A stretch of DNA of 64,000 nucleotides from a virus (taxonomy: Duplodnaviria > Caudoviricetes), in the IMG/VR virus record IMGVR_UViG_3300029288_000080, positions 96,001 to 160,000 of that record; one strand, written 5' to 3'. A program made the translations under genes and the position numbers. Positions 56,612 through 64,000 of this stretch are shown here, piece by piece. The notes beneath the pieces are model-generated. The model searched no databases. It worked only from the letters and a program-made list of their open reading frames with translations, and was not told the origin of the DNA. Each line of letters opens with the position of its first letter. The stretch's first letter is position 1.

Positions 56612-56829
56612 TCGAGTTACCGGTCAAGGTAGTGGACTGTGCTGTCTGCCATGCCGTGGATCAACTTATCTTGACCTTCGAGGCCACTGGGTTCGGAGCA
56701 CTTTATCGTGTGGTGTGCCCAGGATGTGGCTACTCGGCCCCGCCGAACAAAACCGAAGAAAAAGCCGTGGCCCGGTGGAACTCGTGCCAGTCCAGCCGCG
56801 GTAGGGTAAAACGAAATAAAGAAAAATGA
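56608..56829 (+). CDS. Lar-like (restriction alleviation family) Zn-ribbon protein
   Basis: CAVC...VVCPGCG...AVARWN. Confidence 0.55.
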   Translation: MIELPVKVVDCAVCHAVDQLILTFEATGFGALYRVVCPGCGYSAPPNKTEEKAVARWNSCQSSRGRVKRNKEK

Positions 56830-58064
56830 CATGGTTCATCACACCGCAGTTAATGCAGCAGTACCGTCTGGCTTGCGAGAAATCGCCTTGTTTGCCGGAG
56901 CAGGTGGAGGAATCCTCGGCGGACATCTCCTCGGGTGGAAAACAGTCTGCGCCGTCGAAATCACGCCGTACGCCCGGGAAGTCTTGTTCGCCCGACAGGC
57001 CGACGGAACTCTTGAACCCTTCCCCGTCTGGGACGACATCCGTACTTTTGACGGACGCGCTTGGCGAGGCTATTGTGACGTGGTTTCGGGAGGATTTCCT
57101 TGCCAGGATGTCAGCTCGGCCGGAAAAGGTGCCGGTATTGACGGCGAAAGATCAGGACTCTGGGGCGAGATGGCGCGGGTCATCGGTGAGGTGCAACCCC
57201 GATGGGTCTGGGTGGAAAATAGCCCATTGCTGGTTTCCAGAGGACTTGTCAGAGTCGTCCGTGACCTTACCACGCTGGGGTATAGTTGTGCGTGGGGACG
57301 TGTGGGAGCCTGGCAAGTCAGTGCCCCGCATCGTCGAGATCGATTCTGGCTCATCGGAAATCGTGAGTGCCCAGAGTAATGTCAGGGTTCCTTGGCCAAC
57401 CCCCATGGTCACGGATGCTAAAAACAAAGGTGGAAAAGGGCAACTACGCCGTAAGTATCCACCGCTCAATGCCGTCGTCGGGATTGAGCGGTCCAGCAAG
57501 GCTACCGAGGCGTTGGCCTGGCCAACGCCTCAGTCCCGAGACTACAAAGGGGCACCAGGAAAGGGCTGTGTTGAGCGTGGCGGACACCAGTCAAGTTTAC
57601 CAATGAAGATTGGGCAAGTCACCGAGGCGTTGGCCAGGCCAACGCCTCGGTCCTGTACCGCCACGGCCGCCACCATCACGGAGCAGGCACAACAATGTGC
57701 TGCTGACCGTTTCCCTAATCTGGAAACCGTGATGGTCCAGCGGGAACATGGGGCAGTCGGGGGTGCCTTGAATCCAGCATGGGTGGAGTGGCTCATGAAC
57801 TGGCCCGTGGGTTGGACCAACCTGAAACCTATCCGGGGATTTAACCGCTGGCGTCGCAAAACCATGGAATCCTCCTGGTGGGCCCGAGATCCAGCCGACG
57901 AACCCGATACCAAGGTGCCGCGCATATCCGTGGGGAAACTGCACCGAGTTGACCGACTCAAGGCCATCGGGAACGGTCAAGTGCCCCTCTGCTGTGCCTT
58001 GGCATTCCTGACGCTCCAGCGGGAGTTACTGACATTTTTGAAAAATCACCCTTCCGGTCGGTAA
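56826..58064 (+). CDS. C5 methyltransferase second subunit (WPTP modules, motifs IX-X), N-terminus overprinted on the catalytic subunit
   Basis: LNPAWVEWLMNWP and RLKAIGNGQVP; ATGA coupling to the upstream gene. Confidence 0.7.
   Translation: MTWFITPQLMQQYRLACEKSPCLPEQVEESSADISSGGKQSAPSKSRRTPGKSCSPDRPTELLNPSPSGTTSVLLTDALGEAIVTWFREDFLARMSARPEKVPVLTAKDQDSGARWRGSSVRCNPDGSGWKIAHCWFPEDLSESSVTLPRWGIVVRGDVWEPGKSVPRIVEIDSGSSEIVSAQSNVRVPWPTPMVTDAKNKGGKGQLRRKYPPLNAVVGIERSSKATEALAWPTPQSRDYKGAPGKGCVERGGHQSSLPMKIGQVTEALARPTPRSCTATAATITEQAQQCAADRFPNLETVMVQREHGAVGGALNPAWVEWLMNWPVGWTNLKPIRGFNRWRRKTMESSWWARDPADEPDTKVPRISVGKLHRVDRLKAIGNGQVPLCCALAFLTLQRELLTFLKNHPSGR
56831..57379 (+). CDS. C5 cytosine DNA methyltransferase, catalytic subunit (motifs I-VIII)
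   Basis: LFAGAGG, GGFPCQD, WVENS and HRRDRFW. Confidence 0.85.
   Translation: MVHHTAVNAAVPSGLREIALFAGAGGGILGGHLLGWKTVCAVEITPYAREVLFARQADGTLEPFPVWDDIRTFDGRAWRGYCDVVSGGFPCQDVSSAGKGAGIDGERSGLWGEMARVIGEVQPRWVWVENSPLLVSRGLVRVVRDLTTLGYSCAWGRVGAWQVSAPHRRDRFWLIGNRECPE
57504..57651. repeat. Two 31-bp palindromic direct repeats (57504-57534 and 57621-57651)
   Basis: ACCGAGGCGTTGGCC-W-GGCCAACGCCTCRGT, 117-bp period. Confidence 0.9.
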
Positions 58065-58094
58065 AATACCCCCAACTTCCCTCAAAGGACTTCC

Positions 58095-59663
58095 ATGCCT
58101 GACCAAAAATGTACCCCTTTTGATGAACAATGGCTTCGGCTCCAACCCTGGCAGGTTTCATTCCTGCTGGCTCCCTGTCGGTGTAAAGCCCCGGTCAAGA
58201 TGGTGTGGACCTTGCCCGGAGATTTCCCGGCCATTATCTGCACCACCTGTAACTACGGGATTGTCGGCGACACCGTCGAACAGGTGGTGCTGCGGCACAA
58301 CCATGAGCGTGCCGTTGTCTCCGACGTCAAGTCCTCGCATTTCCCCACTGCTGACCTACAACTCCATTACGCCGTGGACCTCTTGGTCGCGCTGTTGCCC
58401 TGTCGAGAAGTCCAGGACGGCATCGATGCCCTGGTCCACCAGGGAAAACTCCCGGCCGACAAACCCTACTGTGTCCATCGGGCTGGCCCGGCCCATTGTG
58501 CTGGGTTGGAAAAAGACTTCGCTGAGTTGAGCGGCACCCTGGCCAACCTGGTCTTGAAGGATGCCAAAGCCGGTAGCATTCTGAAATCCGGCCAGACCGT
58601 GGAGCAGGCCAAAGCACTGGACGACGCAAGTCATAAATACTGGTCTGAGATCAACGAACGGGCCAAAAAGAACGTTCAAGAGCATCCCGACACCGTAGAC
58701 TTGGATAATGCGCGGGGGAAAAAAGCCGCCCAAGCCAAACTGGCCAAGATGTCCCGTGAACAGATCTTGGTCGGGATGTCGCTCAAGGATTTTTATTCCA
58801 CTGAATGTGGTGCAATCCCGAAAGTCAGCGAGGCCGAATGGAGAGTCCTCATCCAGGACCGTTTGAAGCAACTGGACGAGCTGGACCGCCGCGTTGCCGA
58901 GAAAAAGGCCAAGATGGCCACACCGTCGGGCCTCAAGACCGCCACGGTGAAAAAGCCGACCAAGACGACGGTCAAGAAGGGCGTGGTGCCGGCACCACCG
59001 GCCCGTAAATCCATCCAGGCCAGGGTGCCGTGCATCGCCGACGAGAACGAGAAAATCCAGGCCATGCACCTGCCGCCCAAGGGGTCGATAATCTTGGTGC
59101 TCGGTAGCGACGAGGCAGTTGCCGCCCAGCAGGCTGCCCAGAAGACCAAGGTTCTTGCCGAGCAAGACAAGGCCAAGGAGCAGGACGACCATGATCCCAA
59201 GGCTACCGAGGCACTCCAGACCAAGCTCCGGTCAATCGCGAAGGTTGCACTGCAGCGAAGCGGTAACATCCTGGTCAAGTCCCAGACCCAAGTGATCCGG
59301 GTGCTGTATCGTGAACAGGGTAACCTGTACGAAATCTCAAGCATCCTGGGGAATCCCCACGGATTCGTGGTGCAGCGGGTCGTGTATGTGGCGGGGGTTT
59401 CAAATGTCCCCACTAAACTGCCCGGCCAAGACATGGAAGCGGTCCTGGGGATCGCGACCCCCGGGCCCAACAACGAGATGAACAACACCGTCTGGTATGA
59501 CCGGATTGACCTACGGCCCCGCGACGGTACCGTCGCGGCAGGACCGTCGCTGCATCTTTGCTGTCACAATGTTGAAGCCCAGGTTTCCGCTGGCCCCACG
59601 TTAGCCTCTATCGTTGACACCACCAAGCCGGCTGAGCCGGAGAAAGACCAGTCCAATGCGTAG
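58095..59663 (+). CDS. Hypothetical multi-domain protein with N-terminal Zn ribbon
   Basis: AAGGA RBS; CRC...CTTC; 522 aa. Confidence 0.65.
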   Translation: MPDQKCTPFDEQWLRLQPWQVSFLLAPCRCKAPVKMVWTLPGDFPAIICTTCNYGIVGDTVEQVVLRHNHERAVVSDVKSSHFPTADLQLHYAVDLLVALLPCREVQDGIDALVHQGKLPADKPYCVHRAGPAHCAGLEKDFAELSGTLANLVLKDAKAGSILKSGQTVEQAKALDDASHKYWSEINERAKKNVQEHPDTVDLDNARGKKAAQAKLAKMSREQILVGMSLKDFYSTECGAIPKVSEAEWRVLIQDRLKQLDELDRRVAEKKAKMATPSGLKTATVKKPTKTTVKKGVVPAPPARKSIQARVPCIADENEKIQAMHLPPKGSIILVLGSDEAVAAQQAAQKTKVLAEQDKAKEQDDHDPKATEALQTKLRSIAKVALQRSGNILVKSQTQVIRVLYREQGNLYEISSILGNPHGFVVQRVVYVAGVSNVPTKLPGQDMEAVLGIATPGPNNEMNNTVWYDRIDLRPRDGTVAAGPSLHLCCHNVEAQVSAGPTLASIVDTTKPAEPEKDQSNA

Positions 59664-60111
59664 TTTCATTATCGTCAGTGCTCTGTTGCTCGCGAGTTGC
59701 ATGGATCCCTATACGACGGCCCGCCAGACCATCCTGGTGGCCAAGAATGTCGTGACCGTCGCGGACGCGGGATTCCAGACCTTCTGGGACGCCAAGCAGG
59801 CCGAGTGCCTCAAGCAGTTCCCGGCCCAGGACCCCCAGTATGCTGCGTGCGTCAAGCAGGTCAAGGACGTGATGGCAACCTGGACGATCTCCAAACGAAT
59901 CGCCGATGCCTCGTGGGCCGAGGCCGAGGCCATCATCACGGCGGCCGAGCAGAAGCACCAGGGTCTGCCGGTTGACTGGATGACTCCGGCGACTCGAGGG
60001 ATCTGTGTCGTGGCCCAGGCGTTGGAGTTCCTGCCAGCGTCGGTCAAGCAGCACATCCAAGGGATCCTCGCGCTGGTCAAGCACTACACCTGTGCACCCG
60101 CCGCCAAGTAG
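59656..60111 (+). CDS. Lipoprotein
   Basis: MRSFIIVSALLLASC lipobox. Confidence 0.7.
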   Translation: MRSFIIVSALLLASCMDPYTTARQTILVAKNVVTVADAGFQTFWDAKQAECLKQFPAQDPQYAACVKQVKDVMATWTISKRIADASWAEAEAIITAAEQKHQGLPVDWMTPATRGICVVAQALEFLPASVKQHIQGILALVKHYTCAPAAK

Positions 60112-60161
60112 TTCTTGCTCCCATACCATTCTGGTGCTACCCTACTTGTCCGGAGGTCGTC

Positions 60162-60608
60162 GTGCCTGACAAACCCGTACCGGACAAAGAATCCCATCCG
60201 TTCAATCTCATCGGTCACTTCAGGTCAGAAATGTACCGGCAATACCGAGCGTTGCTCAACGCCAGCACTTGGCTCCCGATGGACCAGTTGGAACCGAATA
60301 GACTCTACTGGGTCTATGCCCGTAACGCCTACCAGGGCATCTGGAGTCCCCAGGATCGCGGGTTTTGCATCTTGCGGGAAAAGTTTGGTTCCCGATACCT
60401 TTTCACCGAATACCACTGGGACACCGGCAAGCCCTTCGGGACGGTCAAACCGTTTGGCCTTGTTGATGGCGAGGGGCCATTTGACCTGCAGGACCCTGAC
60501 GGCACTTTCGCCCGACTTGACCTACTGGACCGTCTCCACGACGAGCCAGAGAAAATCGGGTTGGTCACGATGGCCCTTGATACCCTGCTCGGTAAAATCT
60601 GCCCGTAA
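60162..60608 (+). CDS. Hypothetical protein
   Basis: GGAGG RBS. Confidence 0.65.
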   Translation: MPDKPVPDKESHPFNLIGHFRSEMYRQYRALLNASTWLPMDQLEPNRLYWVYARNAYQGIWSPQDRGFCILREKFGSRYLFTEYHWDTGKPFGTVKPFGLVDGEGPFDLQDPDGTFARLDLLDRLHDEPEKIGLVTMALDTLLGKICP

Positions 60609-60655
60609 TCCCAACCATTAAGCTAGATTTAATGGTTCCGCACCCCGAGGTCCAG

Positions 60656-61462
60656 ATGGCCAAAAAGCGAAACGACGAAGAACAATGGCGTGATGTCCCT
60701 GGATACGAGGGTCTGTACCAAGTTTCTTCGTGGGGCAAAGTCAAAAGTCTAAGCCGCCAAACCCGGAATGGCCCAGGTGACAACCACTGGATGTGGTCCA
60801 AAGACCGGATTTTGGCTGCACCAATAGATGCTCGCGGATATCGCTATGTAGGACTACCGCGTTTTGCTGCTGACGGACAGGCCACCTGCACGTATAAAAA
60901 TCATCGCGTGCACTTACTTGTCCTGGCAGCATTCGTGGGGCCCTTACCCCAGGACCAGATGGGCCGGCATTTAGACAACAATAAACTAAACAACAGATTA
61001 GACAATCTTGCCTATGGAACCCACCAAGACAACATGAACGACAAGTTCGTTCATGGCACTAATCCAGCAGGTTCAAAAAATCCTGGGAGTAAACTAAGCG
61101 AAGACGATGTATTGGCGATACGAAATGCTTTTGTTCGTGGTGCCACCCAAACCAGTCTAGCGCTAGAATACCACGTGAGCGTCGGTAGCGTGTGCAATAT
61201 CGTGCATGGCAAGTCATGGCAGCATGTCACGATGCCACCTAAGCTGCTGCGGTACTTAGAACAGCACCCTGTTTCAGCAAGCTACCGTCACCGCGGTGAC
61301 AGACGAGTCATGACTGAAGCGCAGGTCGTAGAGATACGACAATGGTATGATCGGCATAAAAAGTCCGTCGCGAGCACCGCGCGGCACTTTAGCCTTCCGT
61401 ATGGCAGCGTAAGAGGCATCATTACTGGTCGTACCTGGCGATCCTTGCTGGAGCAAAAATAA
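60656..61462 (+). CDS. NUMOD4-HNH homing endonuclease with two HTH domains
   Basis: EQWRDVPGYEGLYQVS, VHLLV and RHLDNNKLNNRLDNL; lower GC. Confidence 0.88.
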   Translation: MAKKRNDEEQWRDVPGYEGLYQVSSWGKVKSLSRQTRNGPGDNHWMWSKDRILAAPIDARGYRYVGLPRFAADGQATCTYKNHRVHLLVLAAFVGPLPQDQMGRHLDNNKLNNRLDNLAYGTHQDNMNDKFVHGTNPAGSKNPGSKLSEDDVLAIRNAFVRGATQTSLALEYHVSVGSVCNIVHGKSWQHVTMPPKLLRYLEQHPVSASYRHRGDRRVMTEAQVVEIRQWYDRHKKSVASTARHFSLPYGSVRGIITGRTWRSLLEQK

Positions 61463-63321
61463 TGCCTGTGAAAAAATACGGCGCTGCCGAAATCCAAGTT
61501 CTTGAGGGACTGGAGCACATTCGTAAGCGTGTAGGAATGTATATCCCCGACACTGGACCTGCCGGGGTCCACCACCTTCTTCATGAAGCTGTTGATAATG
61601 CCGTGGACGAGTTCCTAGATGGCCACGTTGACGAAATCAGCGTCACATTGCTGCCAGATGGTGCTGTTGTTCAAGATAATGGCCGTGGGATTCCAGTGGA
61701 ACATCATGAGCAGGCCAACTGTTCCACCTTGGAAGCTGTGTTCACGCTGCTTCATGCAGGTGGCAAGTTCAAAAAAGGCGCCTACACCAGCGCTACCGGG
61801 GGGACTTTCGGCGTAGGTATAAAAACTCTAACGGCGCTCTCGTCCCACATGGTTGCCACGACTGTGCGGGATGGAAAATGTTGGCAACAGCAGTACCATC
61901 AGGGCAAGCCCACCACTAAAGTCCAGCGGGTTAAATCCGACTTGGCCGCTGGTGTCAGGGTGGAGTTTCACCCCGACCCAACCATTTTCGGCGAGTGGAA
62001 ATGGCAGCCCCGGAAGGTCGCGGCCTGGCTCCAGGACACCGCGTGGTTGTGCCCTGGCCTGACCATTATCCTGACCGTCGGGGACAAATCAGTCCGGTAC
62101 CATAGCCCCGACGGACTCGCTGGATTACTACGGCACGAAACCCCCGACGCCGTGGTCCAGGGCGACGTGGTAGAAATCCACGTTGAAGGGGTCGTGGACG
62201 CGGCGTTCTGCTGGACCGACGTGGAAGGCGAGCACTGGCGTTCCTGGGTCAACGTGGTGAACACCCCGGGCCACGGGGTCCACGTCAAAGGCGCCACCAG
62301 GGCGATCCAGGATTTTCTCCAGGAGTTGTCCGACCAGAAGATCCGGGGTGAGGATCTTCGCGATGGCCTCGTGGGTGCCATTCATGTCCGCACCCTGGAG
62401 CCGAAATTTCAGGGCCAGACCAAGCAACGGTTGGACAACCCCGAGGTCGAGACCCAGGTCTACGGGATTGTCCTGCAGCACCTCCGGGACCACCGAGCAG
62501 CCCTGCAGGACCAATGCTTGGCCATCGTGGCCAGGGCCAAGAGGATCCAGGACGCCCGCCAGAAGTTCCGGGCGGAACAGTCGGCCATCAAGAACGTCAA
62601 GGTCAAGCGAGGAGCCCGGGGGCTCCTACCGGACAAACTCGTAGAGGCCCCTGACTGTACGGCTGACGAGCGGGAACTCTACATCGTGGAGGGTGATTCG
62701 GCCGGCGGCACCGTCAAGAAGGCCAGGATCCGAAAACGCCGAGGCAAGGGTGACCACGAATACCACTACCAGGAGGTCTTTCAACTCCGGGGCAAGGTAG
62801 CGAACGCAGCCCGAAAAGGCGAGGTTGAGGACCTGCTGAAAAACCAGGAGGTCAAGGACCTGATCACCGCGATTGGCGCTGGGATTGGTGACTCGTTTGA
62901 CCTGACGAAGTGTCGGTACCGACACGTCTACCTCCTGGCCGACGCCGACCCTGATGGCAAGCACATCGTCGCGTTGCTCCTGGGACTGTTCGCCCGGTAT
63001 TTCCCAACGTTGATTTCCGCCGGGATTATCCGGGTGGTCCTGAACCCCCTGTTCATGGGGGTCACGGCGACCAGCAGGGTCTACGGCGATTCAGTCGAGG
63101 AAATCCGAGCAACCCTGGGGGGCAAGCAAAACATCAGGATCACGCGGTTCAAGGGCCTGGGCGAGTCCAACGCGTCTGACCTCCAAGCCTACGCGCTTCA
63201 CCCCAAGACCCGCCGGGTCCTGCAGGTGGAATGGGATGACAAGCACGACGCCAAGTTGGTCCAGCGGTACATGGGGCTCGACGTCACGGCCCGGAGGGAA
63301 ATCCTCGGGATTGTCGATTAA
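61462..63321 (+). CDS. gyrB: Type IIA topoisomerase subunit B (GyrB/ParE-like)
   Basis: LEGLEHIRKRVGMY, EAVDNAVDE, DNGRGIP, EGDSAGG, DADPDG and RFKGLGE. Confidence 0.93.
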   Translation: MPVKKYGAAEIQVLEGLEHIRKRVGMYIPDTGPAGVHHLLHEAVDNAVDEFLDGHVDEISVTLLPDGAVVQDNGRGIPVEHHEQANCSTLEAVFTLLHAGGKFKKGAYTSATGGTFGVGIKTLTALSSHMVATTVRDGKCWQQQYHQGKPTTKVQRVKSDLAAGVRVEFHPDPTIFGEWKWQPRKVAAWLQDTAWLCPGLTIILTVGDKSVRYHSPDGLAGLLRHETPDAVVQGDVVEIHVEGVVDAAFCWTDVEGEHWRSWVNVVNTPGHGVHVKGATRAIQDFLQELSDQKIRGEDLRDGLVGAIHVRTLEPKFQGQTKQRLDNPEVETQVYGIVLQHLRDHRAALQDQCLAIVARAKRIQDARQKFRAEQSAIKNVKVKRGARGLLPDKLVEAPDCTADERELYIVEGDSAGGTVKKARIRKRRGKGDHEYHYQEVFQLRGKVANAARKGEVEDLLKNQEVKDLITAIGAGIGDSFDLTKCRYRHVYLLADADPDGKHIVALLLGLFARYFPTLISAGIIRVVLNPLFMGVTATSRVYGDSVEEIRATLGGKQNIRITRFKGLGESNASDLQAYALHPKTRRVLQVEWDDKHDAKLVQRYMGLDVTARREILGIVD

Positions 63322-63324
63322 GTG

Positions 63325-63353
63325 TTGACAACGGCAATCCGCCGGTGTACAAC
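63325..63353 (+). promoter_or_regulatory. Sigma70-type promoter (leaderless transcript)
   Basis: TTGACA-17-TACAAC, ATG at 63360. Confidence 0.55.
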
Positions 63354-63576
63354 AGGACCATGAAGACCCGTCAGATCAAGGCAGGCAAGGTGTACACCGG
63401 ACGAGACGGCGAGGTGCGCCGTGTCCTGGACATCTACAAAAGTTGCGGTGACTACTTTGTGCGTTACTGTCTATGATCGAGGAATACATGCGCGGAGACG
63501 ACTTGGACAGAAAGACGGTGCTCAAGGAATTGGCCGATCACATGGATGTGATCGAGACTGCAAAAAGGTGGGGACG

Positions 63577-63873
63577 ATGATCGAACCCAATTATGACGAT
63601 CTCGATCCGTGTATTGACCCCCGATGGACGCCGGGAAGTCTGGCAGTAGCAATCACGCAGGTTGTTGACGGCACCGTGTTGGAGGCCGCGGAGGAGCATT
63701 TACGGAGGGCCGATGCGGTAGAACGGCTCATCCGTGCGGGTGTCCGTGTGCGGGAGGCGCGCAGGTTGTGGCGCGACCCAAGCGTGGACGCCACGGTAGC
63801 CCAGCGGGAGTACGACGCGGCCCTGAATGAACTGGACGCGGCAGTGGAAACTGCGGAGCACTGGATAAAATGA
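63577..63873 (+). CDS. Hypothetical protein
   Basis: ATGA-coupled ORF in a run of small genes. Confidence 0.45.
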   Translation: MIEPNYDDLDPCIDPRWTPGSLAVAITQVVDGTVLEAAEEHLRRADAVERLIRAGVRVREARRLWRDPSVDATVAQREYDAALNELDAAVETAEHWIK

Positions 63874-64000
63874 TGGTCATCGGCATTATCATCACCGTCA
63901 TCTGGGTTGTCGCGATCACGGTTGGTCTCATGGGCGGTCCACCTACGCCGCGGAGAAAATGATGGCTTTTCGCATAGAGGTTGAGCCTAACGACCACTGT

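Noticed and set aside
53633-63321. Inteins or introns in polA or gyrB
   Set aside because: No splice-junction motifs or length excess; reading frames are continuous
1-64000. Stop-codon reassignment, tRNAs or a diversity-generating retroelement
   Set aside because: TAA, TAG and TGA all terminate well-supported genes; no cloverleaf, reverse transcriptase or adenine-variable repeat pair was recognised
1-64000. Apparent excess of GGWCC and CCWGG words
   Set aside because: Cannot be separated from codon bias without a k-mer observed/expected calculation

Overview
A 64-kb, GC-rich segment of a large myovirus-like phage (or prophage), probably infecting a Gram-negative, high-GC host such as a delta-proteobacterium or Myxococcota (inference). 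Genes are dense and almost all on the + strand. Structural genes: a contractile-tail module (giant sheath, tube, tail-assembly chaperone with a clear -1 frameshift, tape measure; about 11-23.6 kb), a second virion block of paralogous beta-rich proteins (36.8-51.4 kb) and a lysis-like membrane trio. Accessory and replication genes: an early region (24-36.8 kb) and a replication/DNA-modification block (phosphatase, UDG-PolA fusion, Lar-like Zn ribbon, split C5 methyltransferase, GyrB-like topoisomerase subunit). Selfish DNA is abundant, with three unrelated TnpB elements and two NUMOD4-HNH genes, one with three tandem nuclease modules. Most notable observations: (1) a complete IS605 element whose ends and TGAC target can be read from the sequence and which carries two lipoprotein cargo genes behind a duplicated 45-bp leader; (2) a two-subunit, overprinted C5 methyltransferase whose tandem WPTP modules are bounded by 31-bp DNA palindromes; (3) a 17-bp probable late-promoter motif found five times; (4) a promoter- and terminator-bounded small RNA candidate. 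No tRNA, rRNA, CRISPR array or reverse transcriptase was recognised. All calls come from motif reading by eye, with no database searches.
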